A stretch of 64,000 bases of DNA, from contig JBGTBY010000031.1 in assembly GCA_041749075.1 (NCBI GenBank), positions 148,342-212,341 of the forward strand, in the 5' to 3' direction. Made by a program: the position numbers and the translations under genes. Under the pieces are notes generated by a model, which saw nothing but the letters and a program-made list of their open reading frames with translations, searched no databases and had not been told where the DNA came from. Position 1 is the stretch's first letter, and each line of letters begins with the position of its first letter. This document shows positions 38,304 through 48,129 of this stretch, one piece after another. The DNA comes from Balneolales bacterium (lineage in GTDB: Bacteria; Bacteroidota; Rhodothermia; Balneolales; HLUCCA01).

Positions 38304-39472
38304 GTGTGTTCATCCAAGATGGTCGTGACCATCGGACGATAGAAGTTCCAGAAAAATCCGCGTCGGTCGTCCAAGTCATTCGTGTAGAACAACCGGCTGA
38401 TCCAGTTCACTTTCCAGAAAGGGGACATCCGCATGCTGATCGGATTGTCTGCGAAATCTCCCGCGAAATAAAAAAACGTGTGTTGGTCGGACAAGCCTTC
38501 GATCACGGCGGGAAACTCCAACGGAATACCGAATCGGTCGAGTAGTTCACGGCCGGCTTCATTCGGATTCAAACGATAGGTAGACACGGTTCGAGTCGAA
38601 TCACCATGCGTCACGATGTCGAACCAGAACGGATATCGGACCTTAGCTGCCATCTTGAATCTCTTTTGATCATCAATCGGTGTATGGATGAATGGTGCCA
38701 CGGAAATCATATGTGTGTCTCGCTCCAAAATCACAATCTTCCCATCGTTATTCACAAATACGAGCCCAGGCTTGGTGAACGGCCAATCGCGTCCGCGTTG
38801 CGTCTTGTAGCTATCGATAATCCATTGAGGCAATTCCACATCCTGATTGATACTTAATGATTCGAAATAACGACCTGTCCACCCCGACCATTGCACATCA
38901 AACGCCTCTTCGAAACGTCGCCGTACATCGGAGCTGGTTGGAGCTGCCATCACATTGAATTCGGTGATGAGGGGTTTTCCACGCTCCTTGAAACGAAGCA
39001 TCATATCCATATCCCGATGGTCTGTACCACCATATATCATGTCGGTTTGGTTCAGAGGATTCCATAACCGTTTGGATGGATCGGGCTTGATGTACATGGC
39101 ATCCCATTCTTCCCGATAAATGCCGTAGGTGTCGGTCACGTACATCATGTCGTAATCATCCGCCATTGAGTCGAGCTGAGTCGAGGTGAACGAATTGAAG
39201 TCATTTATGCCGAATTTGCCCTCGCCAAGCGGGAAAAACCCGTAATAATCCGCACCAGGTTGATGATACCCACTAAGATCTTTCTTGACCCGATGGTGGC
39301 GCGTCACCCAATTGAAACTCACATGCTCGTCCATGCGATTATCGAGCACGGTCTTATCGACGATCAGAGTTTTGATCACCGTTTCGTCCGAAAACCGCCA
39401 CACGAGATGGCTGACTATCGGAACGATGATGAATACAATAATCAGAAGTATGAGAACGATTCGAGCCAGCAT
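38288..39472 (-). CDS. Hypothetical N-terminally membrane-anchored protein
   Basis: 394 aa. MLARIVLILLIIVFIIVPIV anchor. No family recognised. Confidence 0.5.
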   Translation of the reverse strand: MLARIVLILLIIVFIIVPIVSHLVWRFSDETVIKTLIVDKTVLDNRMDEHVSFNWVTRHHRVKKDLSGYHQPGADYYGFFPLGEGKFGINDFNSFTSTQLDSMADDYDMMYVTDTYGIYREEWDAMYIKPDPSKRLWNPLNQTDMIYGGTDHRDMDMMLRFKERGKPLITEFNVMAAPTSSDVRRRFEEAFDVQWSGWTGRYFESLSINQDVELPQWIIDSYKTQRGRDWPFTKPGLVFVNNDGKIVILERDTHMISVAPFIHTPIDDQKRFKMAAKVRYPFWFDIVTHGDSTRTVSTYRLNPNEAGRELLDRFGIPLEFPAVIEGLSDQHTFFYFAGDFADNPISMRMSPFWKVNWISRLFYTNDLDDRRGFFWNFYRPMVTTILDEHTQRTE

Positions 39473-39473
39473 A

Positions 39474-40418
39474 TCAGTGTTGCGATTCCAACCAACGTTC
39501 GGTATCGATCGCTGCGGCGCAACCGGAGCCGGCTGCTGTCACGGCCTGACGATATACATGGTCTTGTACATCCCCGCAAGCGAATACGCCTTCGATGTTG
39601 GTGTAGGTCGACTTCCCTTTGGTGATGAGGTAGCCGTTTTCATCCATATCCAATACGCCTTTGAAAAGGTCGGTATTTGGTTTGTGTCCGATAGCCAGGA
39701 ACACGCCCGTCACGTCGGTCAAATCCCGAGTTTCGCCAGTCACCGTGTCTTTAAGACGGACACCTTCCACGAAATCCTTCCCTAACACATCATCCACTTC
39801 CGAATTCCACGCGATCTCGATTTTTTGATGATCAAATACTCGCTGCTGCATCACTTTCGACGCACGGAATTCTTCCCGGCGATGCACGATCGTCACTTTC
39901 GATGCGAAGCGGGTCAAGTACGTGGCTTCTTCCATCGCGGTATCACCGCCACCGATCACGATCACATGTTGATTCCGGAAAAAGGCACCATCACAGGTGG
40001 CGCAGGCGGTCACACCTTTACCGCGAAGCCGTTGCTCGTTCGGAAGCCCCATCCATTTGGCGGATGCACCCGTCGCGATGATCACGGATTTGGCAAAAAC
40101 GGTGTGTTCTTCATCCACAACCAGGCGGAATGGGCGGGATGTGAGGTCGGCTTCAGTCACCATCCCCCAACGGCAATCCGCTCCGAAACGTGAGGCTTGC
40201 TTGCGGAACTGATCCATCATTTCCGGACCGGTCACGCCTTCTGGATACCCAGGATAATTTTCCACTTCGGTGGTCGTGGTGAGTTGGCCACCTGGCTCCG
40301 GACCTTCAAATACCAATGGTGCCATGTTCGCACGGGCCGTGTACAATGCTGCGGTAAGGCCAGCGGGGCCGCTTCCGATGATGATGACGTCTAACGTTTT
40401 GCCAGCGAAGTCGCTCAT
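39474..40418 (-). CDS. trxB: Thioredoxin-disulfide reductase
   Basis: IIGSGPAGLTAALYTARA, redox CATCDGAFF, and GGGDTAMEEA. Confidence 0.95.
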   Translation of the reverse strand: MSDFAGKTLDVIIIGSGPAGLTAALYTARANMAPLVFEGPEPGGQLTTTTEVENYPGYPEGVTGPEMMDQFRKQASRFGADCRWGMVTEADLTSRPFRLVVDEEHTVFAKSVIIATGASAKWMGLPNEQRLRGKGVTACATCDGAFFRNQHVIVIGGGDTAMEEATYLTRFASKVTIVHRREEFRASKVMQQRVFDHQKIEIAWNSEVDDVLGKDFVEGVRLKDTVTGETRDLTDVTGVFLAIGHKPNTDLFKGVLDMDENGYLITKGKSTYTNIEGVFACGDVQDHVYRQAVTAAGSGCAAAIDTERWLESQH

Positions 40419-40433
40419 AAAAATATCTAGATG

Positions 40434-41507
40434 CTATAAGGTGATGGATGCGGAAATGCGATGGGTGTTCCCCAAGATGGAGCTGTTACCCGCGAAACTG
40501 CCGAAGCCGTAATCGAGGGTGGCGCGTCCGATTCGGAAACCCGTTCCCAAGGTGGGGGAAACGGTGACGCGATCGTCGAAGGTGGTGGCCACTTCAGCCA
40601 ATCCCACCCGAAAAAACAATGTGTTCAAGTAGCCAGCCTCGAGGCCGAGCCGCGGATGGAAACTCACAGGTCCTGCGTTCAGGACGAATGCCTGGCGACC
40701 TTCCGCCATCACATCCAGATCCACGCTTCCAGCCAAATCAATGTCTCCGAGGTTCACAACATACGCCGCGCCGGAACGCACATAAGGTAACGACACTTCC
40801 GAGCGGCCTTTGGGAAAGGCTTCGTTCAGTTCCGCATCCGAAAAGTAGTCGCGCAGCGGTTCGAGGCGTTCTTCATTCACGCTCCAGAATTTCAATAAGG
40901 TGGTAAGGTCCACGATAGTCACCCCGGCGCGAAGATTTCCTTGGCGAAGCAGCACCCCTGCGTCTAAAGAATACCCCCAGGCCTGCGCAAACGGACCCAA
41001 ACGTCCATACACCAACTTCACATTGGTCCCCCACGACAGTCCCTCATTCACAGACGTTGCATAGGTCAACATCAGCGCCATATCCGATGCGGAAAACTCC
41101 GTGATATTGTCATTCGGGTTGGCCACGGGACGATCACGCTCGCGATCCCAGGCATTCAATGTGTTTTTGATCCCATCCACACCCTGACGGAAGAAACTGA
41201 GTCCGAGCACGGCATCCGAATCAGGCAAACGATGCGCCACAACGGCATAATCATAATTCACGGTACCGCTGAACCGCTCCGAATGCATGAACACGACTTC
41301 GGTATTGCGGATTTGCGTGAGTCCAGCCGGATTCCAAAACGCGCCGGTGGCATCATCCGCCAATGCGGTGAACGCACCACCCATGCCCAAGGCTCGGGCA
41401 CCGCCGCCGGTGGAAAGGAAATCATTGCCATAACTCACCCGCGTGAATTGGGCATTCAATGCGCCTGGCATGACAACGACTGCTGCAAGAAGAAGGAAAC
41501 GTCTCAT
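40434..41507 (-). CDS. PorV/PorQ-family-like outer-membrane beta-barrel (T9SS-associated family)
   Basis: Start moved to MRRFLLLAAVVVMPGALNAQ. GARALGMGGAFTALADDATGAFWNPAGL motif. Confidence 0.5.
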   Translation of the reverse strand: MRRFLLLAAVVVMPGALNAQFTRVSYGNDFLSTGGGARALGMGGAFTALADDATGAFWNPAGLTQIRNTEVVFMHSERFSGTVNYDYAVVAHRLPDSDAVLGLSFFRQGVDGIKNTLNAWDRERDRPVANPNDNITEFSASDMALMLTYATSVNEGLSWGTNVKLVYGRLGPFAQAWGYSLDAGVLLRQGNLRAGVTIVDLTTLLKFWSVNEERLEPLRDYFSDAELNEAFPKGRSEVSLPYVRSGAAYVVNLGDIDLAGSVDLDVMAEGRQAFVLNAGPVSFHPRLGLEAGYLNTLFFRVGLAEVATTFDDRVTVSPTLGTGFRIGRATLDYGFGSFAGNSSILGNTHRISASITL

Positions 41508-41547
41508 ATGTGGTAAACGATTGGTGATTGCAGTAGCGTGTCGGTTA

Positions 41548-42921
41548 TCAGGCACCTCCCAAGATTCTGAAAAAACTTGCAGAGGTTTTGATGCCCCGAT
41601 GGAAATCAACCAATGAGAATTTCTCGTTCGGCGCGTGGATGGAATCGCTGTTTAGGCCGAATCCCATCAAAATGCTGTCGGCATCCAGAATGCTTTTGAA
41701 TTTTGCAACGATCGGAATGGATCCGCCTTCGCGAGTGAACAAAGGTTCTTTGCCATACACTTCATGAAATGCTTTGGCGGCGGCTTTCAAGCCATAGAAG
41801 TTGAGATCGGTTCCGGCCGGCATCCCGCCATGATGCGCATGAACGTCGACTTTCACACCAACGGGCGCGAGGGAGGTCACATACTCGGCGAATTTGCGGG
41901 CGATGTCGTCGGGATCTTGGTTTGGGACCAATCTCATGCTGATTTTCGCACTCGCTTTGCCTGGCAGCACGGTTTTGGCTCCTTCGCCTTGATAACCGCC
42001 CCATATGCCGTTGCAATCGAGCGTTGGACGCGCCGATGCCCGCTCCAATGTGGAATATCCTGTCTCGCCACGGACGTCTTTGATGCCTAATTCTTCCTTG
42101 TAAGCCGCTTCATTGAACGGAAGCTTCTTATAGGCTTCGCGGTCCAACTCGGTCAATGGAATCACATCATCATAAAAGCCTGGAATTTGGACCACGCCGT
42201 CTTCATCGATCAATTTCGATATGATGCGCGCCAGATCGTTGATGGGGTTCGCAACGGCTCCACCATACACACCGGAATGCAGATCGCGGTTCGCGCCGGT
42301 CACATTCACTTGCAGATACGCCAAGCCACGCAAGCCATAGGTGATGGACGGCACGTCGCGGTCGAACATCGAGGTGTCCGAAATCAGCACCATATCACAA
42401 GCGAGTTTTTCTTTCTTCTCTTTGAGAAACGGAGTGAGGTTCGGCGAGCCGATCTCTTCTTCGCCTTCGATGATGATCTTGATATTCACCGGAATGCTGC
42501 CATCGGTCTTCAACCAGCTTTCGATGGCTTTCACGTGGATATAAGCCTGACCTTTGTCATCCGCCGCGCCGCGCGCATACACATCCGTACCGACAACGGT
42601 GGGTTCGAAGGCGGGATGTGTCCATAATTCCAAAGGTTCGGCTGGCTGGACATCGTAATGGCCATATACCAAGACTGTCGGTTTATCCGCGCCGGCATGA
42701 AGGAAATCACCATACACAATCGGGTGGCCTTTCGTCTCAAAAAGTTCCACATTCTCCAATCCGATGCGCTTGAACTGGTCTAAGATGTAATTGGCGGTGT
42801 TGCGGACGTCTTGCGTGTGGCGTGAATCGGTGGATACGCTGGGCATCCTAAGGATGTCGAATAACTCGGATTTGAATCGGTCGATGTTTGTGTCGATGTA
42901 CTCGTGCTGTAGATTCTTCAT
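41548..42921 (-). CDS. M20-family dipeptidase
   Basis: VYGHYDVQPA, RGAADDKGQ and IIIEGEEEIGS. Confidence 0.85.
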   Translation of the reverse strand: MKNLQHEYIDTNIDRFKSELFDILRMPSVSTDSRHTQDVRNTANYILDQFKRIGLENVELFETKGHPIVYGDFLHAGADKPTVLVYGHYDVQPAEPLELWTHPAFEPTVVGTDVYARGAADDKGQAYIHVKAIESWLKTDGSIPVNIKIIIEGEEEIGSPNLTPFLKEKKEKLACDMVLISDTSMFDRDVPSITYGLRGLAYLQVNVTGANRDLHSGVYGGAVANPINDLARIISKLIDEDGVVQIPGFYDDVIPLTELDREAYKKLPFNEAAYKEELGIKDVRGETGYSTLERASARPTLDCNGIWGGYQGEGAKTVLPGKASAKISMRLVPNQDPDDIARKFAEYVTSLAPVGVKVDVHAHHGGMPAGTDLNFYGLKAAAKAFHEVYGKEPLFTREGGSIPIVAKFKSILDADSILMGFGLNSDSIHAPNEKFSLVDFHRGIKTSASFFRILGGA

Positions 42922-42942
42922 TCGGTCAAGATACGGATTCGC

Positions 42943-43668
42943 TTAATAGGTTCGGACGGACGAGGCAGGTAGCCACCCCGATGAACCATTGATCAATACA
43001 ACAAACACCCAATCGTCGGTACTGCGTTTCCGGTCGACGCGAAGGTCATAGCCTTCGAAGGTGGGGATGAGTGTGGCGCTGTCTTCAGCGGGTGATTCCC
43101 GCAATAAGGCTTCTTGGCGGATCATCACCGCCAAATCATATCGGTTGATGTAGCTCGCAAACACCGCATACCCGATAAAGGTGAGGAGGGATAAAGCCAA
43201 TAACACTGTCGCCGTATGTTGCTTCCACCGGTTCGACGCATAGAAATGCCAGATCAGAATTCCAGCGCCTATATATAATAGAAGCAGAGGCAGTACGATC
43301 GCCCAAAACGCATCATACGACGCGATGAATCGGTTCTGAATGCGGTTCAATGACAGTATCGGCAATCCCGACGCGCGACGTTGCAATTGCTGGTTCACAA
43401 AGGTGAGACCGGTTTCGGATTGGGTTTTCACTTCGGCATATCGTCCCGCCCGTGTGAAATAATACTTCGCCAGTCCGAGCGAATCGAGCTGGGTGTACGC
43501 GATGCCGAGGTTGATCAGCATCGGACCGTTTTCATACCCGCTTTCATCCAATTCAGACAGGACGCGGCTCGCACTGACGGCATCTTTGTTTTGCAGATGA
43601 TTCGATCCCAAGGTGAACAAGGAATCCGGACTGAGCTGCATCCACATCAGAAAGAGGGCCACCATCAT
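42943..43668 (-). CDS. BatE-like protein (TPR + TM + C-terminal SH3-like)
   Basis: Position after the batD-like gene. C-terminal DDWVFVVLINGSSGWLPASSVRTY is SH3b-like. Confidence 0.5.
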   Translation of the reverse strand: MMVALFLMWMQLSPDSLFTLGSNHLQNKDAVSASRVLSELDESGYENGPMLINLGIAYTQLDSLGLAKYYFTRAGRYAEVKTQSETGLTFVNQQLQRRASGLPILSLNRIQNRFIASYDAFWAIVLPLLLLYIGAGILIWHFYASNRWKQHTATVLLALSLLTFIGYAVFASYINRYDLAVMIRQEALLRESPAEDSATLIPTFEGYDLRVDRKRSTDDWVFVVLINGSSGWLPASSVRTY

Positions 43669-45401
43669 GATAGAACCTCCGATAACTGAGCGATGATATG
43701 ATTCACCACTTGCTGCTCTCGTGCGATGTCTTTGCGTGAGGCGACCGGCGCAAAGCGGATTGTGCTACAGGTATCGAACACGCGTTTCGTTTCGGATATG
43801 ATCTGAGCGGACACGCCGGCGTTGGTCATGGCATCGAGCAGTTGGGAGTCGTTCAAGCCGGCTTCAGGAAGTCCGAGTTTGTCGCAGATAAACCCGCTCA
43901 ATGCGGAGTAGAGAATGCTGTAAGTGGTTTTCACGTCCTGTTCGGATGTGATTCCGGCCAATTTCGATACAGCCCGTTCTTTTGCTTTTGTTTTGCGGAA
44001 GAATCCATAATCATTGGTCAATTTGTCTCGGTTCTGTTTGTCGCGATGCGCAACAGCAACCGCAACAAAAGGAAGGATCAACAACACCCAGAACCACCAG
44101 GCGCGAAGTGCTGAAAAGGAGCTTCGTTGAATCCAAGGCGTGGCGACTAAGATAGGAACCATGCTGAACGGATTGTCGCTGGAATAGGATAGGGATGTGT
44201 TCACATCCCGGTTCACGGTGATGGAAATGGATGCGAGATTCGTGACCTGGTATCGGTTCCGATCCGGATTGAACACGGCGATCTCTGCGGCCGGCAACGT
44301 GTAGGAACCGCCACGCCGCGCGATGATCACATCCCGAAAGGTGCGCGTGCCGGTCAGCGCATTGGCCGTAGGAGCCAATTTGAGATCTTCAGACGGCTGA
44401 TAGGTCTCGAACCCTTCTGGCAATTGGAATTGAGGTTTGGCGATGAGAGCCAGGTTTCCGGTTCCGGAGATTTCGGTGATCAGCTCGATGGCCTCACCGA
44501 CGCTCACCACCGGATTGGATACACGACGGGTGATTTGAAAATCACCCACGGCATTAATGGAGGTTCCGGTTTCGGGTTCCGGCAACGAGCGGATTCGCAG
44601 GGGGGTCGCGTCGGTCGTCAAATCGACGGTGCGCTGGTTGCCGAAGAAAACATTAAAGGGGTCCTGATATCGACCGGCAGTTCGAACCGTTAAGGTAACG
44701 GGCTGTTCACCAATTGTCAACTCTCCGCTGCGATTTGGAAACAAAGCATGTTTGGCCAACACGGCTCTGCGGTAGCGTTCGCCTCTCAAGACAACTTGCT
44801 CGGCTACTGGCGGACTCCCATCCCCCAACGATTCCTTCCAGTACCCATCCGTGCGCCAGCTGTTCGCTACCACAAATTGGGTGATGTCGATGGTAGGCTT
44901 GTAGTACAATACCAGTTCGGCCAAGATCTGTTCTCCAACAACTGGACGTGTTTTGCTGAGCTCCATCCGAACATACAATTCGGGGGATGTTGCCGCATCG
45001 GCCGCATCCCGCTCCGTGACGGTTATGCTGAAGGAATTGGTCAGGTAATCGCGTCCATCCACCGATACAGAAAACGTGGGGATGGTTACAGAACCTACAC
45101 GATCGGCCTGATAGGTGTAGGTGAAGGTGTAGCTGCGGCTGGCAACGCCATTCACAAAGCTATAATTGGTGGATGTCGACGGTTGAGCGCTTTGAAGTAC
45201 CACACCAGGGATGCCTGGCAAGGTTGGACGAGTGACATTCCGAAAATTGCTGCCTTTGATTTCGATGCTCAGCGCAAAGCGGTCGCCGCGTTTCACGGAG
45301 CGTTCGTTGGTCGATGCCGTAATGGTGATGTCATCTTGAGCCGAACCCATCACTGGCAGCACCATCATCAGAAGGGCGATCAGCTTACCAATCTTTCGCA
45401 T
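43665..45401 (-). CDS. batD: BatD-family (oxygen-tolerance) protein
   Basis: 578 aa. Signal peptide, a large extracytoplasmic region, then a TM segment (WWFWVLLILPFVAVAVA) and a cytoplasmic tail, which is the BatD architecture. Confidence 0.6.
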   Translation of the reverse strand: MRKIGKLIALLMMVLPVMGSAQDDITITASTNERSVKRGDRFALSIEIKGSNFRNVTRPTLPGIPGVVLQSAQPSTSTNYSFVNGVASRSYTFTYTYQADRVGSVTIPTFSVSVDGRDYLTNSFSITVTERDAADAATSPELYVRMELSKTRPVVGEQILAELVLYYKPTIDITQFVVANSWRTDGYWKESLGDGSPPVAEQVVLRGERYRRAVLAKHALFPNRSGELTIGEQPVTLTVRTAGRYQDPFNVFFGNQRTVDLTTDATPLRIRSLPEPETGTSINAVGDFQITRRVSNPVVSVGEAIELITEISGTGNLALIAKPQFQLPEGFETYQPSEDLKLAPTANALTGTRTFRDVIIARRGGSYTLPAAEIAVFNPDRNRYQVTNLASISITVNRDVNTSLSYSSDNPFSMVPILVATPWIQRSSFSALRAWWFWVLLILPFVAVAVAHRDKQNRDKLTNDYGFFRKTKAKERAVSKLAGITSEQDVKTTYSILYSALSGFICDKLGLPEAGLNDSQLLDAMTNAGVSAQIISETKRVFDTCSTIRFAPVASRKDIAREQQVVNHIIAQLSEVLS

Positions 45402-46077
45402 GGCGCGTGCGTGGTGGAATTTGCTTTTTCTGATATTCTTTGAGCAGTTCTTTCTCTTTGTTTTCCAAGGCGTTGAGAATCTGTTCGGCTTCTTTCTGAC
45501 TCATTTCACCTTCTTGTGGCCGACCCTGCTCATTCTGGTTCTGCTGATTCTCATTTCCTTGTTGCTGCTGGCCTTGCTGCTCGTTGTTCTGGTTCTGCTC
45601 GTTCTGATCGTTTTGATCCTGCTCCTTTTGCTCGTCGTCGCCTTGCTGTGATTGGGGGTTTTGAGGCGGCTCGGTCATCCGGCGTTGCACCAGCTCGTAA
45701 TTGTATTGGGCTTGTGGGTCGTCGGGCGCGGCACGTAGCGATTCGCGGTAGCGTTCCATGGCTTTGGCCCATTGCTCTTGCAGTCCGTGGATGTTGCCGA
45801 TGTTGTAATCGGCCGCGGCACGATCGCTCGGATCTGAAGACATCGATTTGAATTGCTCGAACGCGGAACGGGCTTCATCAAACTTCCCTTGGCGGGTGAG
45901 CGCGTTACCCAGGTTGAAGTACAATCTTGCATCGTTTGGTGATACGAGTAAGGCTTCACGATAGCCTTTTTCGGCCGTAGCAAAATCACCCCGGTCGTAG
46001 GCTTCATTCGCCTTGCGGGCACCATCCGTAGCGGACGATAGCAGAAACAACAACATCAAAACGACGGATTTCATCAA
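45385..46077 (-). CDS. BatC-like TPR protein with Q/N/E-rich low-complexity tail
   Basis: TPR repeats (YREALLVSPNDARLYFNLGNAL). Tail QNPQSQQGDDEQKEQDQNDQNEQNQNNEQQGQQQQGNENQQNQNEQ. Confidence 0.55.
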   Translation of the reverse strand: MMKSVVLMLLFLLSSATDGARKANEAYDRGDFATAEKGYREALLVSPNDARLYFNLGNALTRQGKFDEARSAFEQFKSMSSDPSDRAAADYNIGNIHGLQEQWAKAMERYRESLRAAPDDPQAQYNYELVQRRMTEPPQNPQSQQGDDEQKEQDQNDQNEQNQNNEQQGQQQQGNENQQNQNEQGRPQEGEMSQKEAEQILNALENKEKELLKEYQKKQIPPRTRHAKDW

Positions 46078-46079
46078 AC

Positions 46080-46835
46080 TTACATCGATTCGGCTACGGA
46101 AACGGCGGTGTCGTCCATTTCCAGATTGTTAAACACATTGGCCACATCATCGAGTTCTTCAAGCTTTTCCATCAGCTTGAAATTCCCGAGAAGTTGCTCT
46201 TCCTCGGCAGAAACGGTTGTCATAGGAAGGTAGTGCATTTCGGCGGATTGAATGCGAAATCCCGCATCTTCCAATCCTTTCCGCACTAAGTATAAATCTT
46301 CGAAGCGGGTATACACATCGAAGGTCTCGTCTTCGGCTTTGATGTCCTCGGCGCCGGCGTCAATGGCGGCAAACGTAAGCGCGTCTTCGTCCACTCCATC
46401 CGATGCGATTTGGATGATGCCTTTGCGTTCGAACAGAAAGGCCACGGATCCGCTCGTACCCAAATTTCCGCCCACTTTGTTGAATAGGGGACGGATGTCG
46501 CCAACCGTGCGGGTCGGGTTGTCGGTAGTGGCTTCAATCAGATAGGCGATGCCGCCGGGGCCATAACCTTCATAGATCAATTCCTGATACACGGCCGCAT
46601 CCTTGCCATCGCCAGAACCTTTTTTAATGGCTCGGTCGATGTTGTCTTTCGGCATGTTCGCGGCTTTCGCATTATCGATGGCCAGCGACAAGCGCGGATT
46701 TCCGCTCGGATCGCCACCTCCATCGCGTGCGGCGACAGTGATTTCACGGATGATCTTGGTCCACGTTTTCGACCGGGCCGCATCCACCAATGCTTTTTTC
46801 CGCTTGATGGTGGCCCACTTGGAATGACCTGACAT
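46080..46835 (-). CDS. yebC: YebC/PmpR family DNA-binding regulator
   Basis: MSGHSKWATIKRKKALVDAARSK N-terminus. 251 aa. Confidence 0.95.
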   Translation of the reverse strand: MSGHSKWATIKRKKALVDAARSKTWTKIIREITVAARDGGGDPSGNPRLSLAIDNAKAANMPKDNIDRAIKKGSGDGKDAAVYQELIYEGYGPGGIAYLIEATTDNPTRTVGDIRPLFNKVGGNLGTSGSVAFLFERKGIIQIASDGVDEDALTFAAIDAGAEDIKAEDETFDVYTRFEDLYLVRKGLEDAGFRIQSAEMHYLPMTTVSAEEEQLLGNFKLMEKLEELDDVANVFNNLEMDDTAVSVAESM

Positions 46836-46921
46836 AGGAACGGTGTTCTCTTCGTTTACTTTTACATACGAACCCTGAATATACGAAGCTCCCGCTTGTC
46901 AAAACTCCGTACCATACAGAT

Positions 46922-48064
46922 ATGAATATTGGAATCGTCGGCTACCCAACCTATGGCGGCAGTGGTGTCGTCGCAACCGAACTAAGCAAAGGTCTCGCCA
47001 CGCGCGGACATAAAGTCCATTTTCTGAGCTATGCTCGACCGCAACGGCTCGATGCCTTCAATACGAACATCATGTTCCATGAAGTCACCGTCAACGCCTA
47101 TCCGTTGTTCGAATTTCCCCCGTACGATTTGGCCTTGGCCAGCCATATGGTGAACCTGATCGAGCACGAAAAGTTGGATCTCCTGCATGTGCATTACGCG
47201 ATTCCGCACACGACGAGTGCCTATTTGGCCAAGCAGATCATGGGGGACAGGGCCAAGCGCGTACCGATCATCACGACTCTTCACGGTACCGACATCACCA
47301 TCGTGGGCAGCGATCCGAGTTATCTGCCCGTCGTGAATTTCTCCATCAACCAGAGCGATGGGGTCACGGCTGTCTCCGATTATTTGCGGGATGAGACCTA
47401 TGCGCGGTTCGACATCCACAATGAAATCGAAGTGATTCCGAATTTTGTGAACCTGGATGTGTTCAAGCGCAGCGACAAATCCCATTTCCGCAAAGCCATC
47501 TGCAACGATGATGAAATGATCGTGACACATGTGTCCAATTTCCGGAAAGTGAAACGCGTGGAAGATGTGGTCAAAACCTTCGCGTATTTGCGTCATCATG
47601 GCGTGAAAGCCAAACTACTGATGCTAGGCGACGGACCCGAGCGTATTCCGCTCGAAGCCTTATGTCGTGAGCTGGGCGTCTGTGACGACACCCGTTTCCT
47701 CGGCAAACAGGACAATGTGGAAGAAATCCTGTCGGTTACCGATCTCTTTCTGATGCCGTCCGGCTCCGAAACCTTCGGACTTGCCGCACTCGAAGCCATG
47801 AGTTGCAGCGTGCCGGTGATCAGCTCGGATGTGGGCGGATTGCCCGAACTCAACCGCGACGGCGTTACAGGTTATGTCTGCGCCTTGGGCGATACCGATG
47901 CCATGGGCGCCGCAGCCGTGAAGATGCTCACCGACAAAACCCTGCATGCGAGAATGGCCCAAGCCGCTCGCGCCCGCGCCGAAGACTTCGAACAGGAAAA
48001 AGTCATCGCGCAGTATGAGGCGTATTATATGAAGGTGCTGAAGAAGCTGGATGCAAGAAGCTAG
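46922..48064 (+). CDS. bshA: GT4 glycosyltransferase, BshA-like (N-acetyl-alpha-D-glucosaminyl L-malate synthase)
   Basis: MNIGIVGYPTYGGSGVVATELSKGLATRGHKVHF and EXFGLAALEAMSCSVPVI. Confidence 0.7.
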   Translation: MNIGIVGYPTYGGSGVVATELSKGLATRGHKVHFLSYARPQRLDAFNTNIMFHEVTVNAYPLFEFPPYDLALASHMVNLIEHEKLDLLHVHYAIPHTTSAYLAKQIMGDRAKRVPIITTLHGTDITIVGSDPSYLPVVNFSINQSDGVTAVSDYLRDETYARFDIHNEIEVIPNFVNLDVFKRSDKSHFRKAICNDDEMIVTHVSNFRKVKRVEDVVKTFAYLRHHGVKAKLLMLGDGPERIPLEALCRELGVCDDTRFLGKQDNVEEILSVTDLFLMPSGSETFGLAALEAMSCSVPVISSDVGGLPELNRDGVTGYVCALGDTDAMGAAAVKMLTDKTLHARMAQAARARAEDFEQEKVIAQYEAYYMKVLKKLDARS

Positions 48065-48077
48065 ATGCGGGATGGTA

Positions 48078-48094
48078 GATGCGGGATGCGAAGA
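48078..48094. repeat. 17-bp perfect inverted repeat, left arm (bounds a 2-kb three-gene segment)
   Basis: gatgcgggatgcgaaga is the reverse complement of 50056-50072. Preceded by a partial tandem copy agatgcgggatgg starting at the bshA stop. Confidence 0.85.
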
Positions 48095-48129
48095 ACCCCC
48101 ATCTTTATCTTATTATTTTCCTGAATTCT

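Noticed and set aside
44748-45443. 231-aa + ORF, plus 45400..45651 (Leu-rich 83 aa)
   Set aside because: These are antisense to the batD-like gene and to the Q/N/E-rich tail of the batC-like gene. The Leu run is simply the complement of the CAA/CAG/GAG repeats.
46982-47599. 205-aa minus ORF inside bshA; also 57323..57880 and 63310..63873
   Set aside because: All are antisense shadows of recognised genes (bshA, the M24 peptidase, pyrR).
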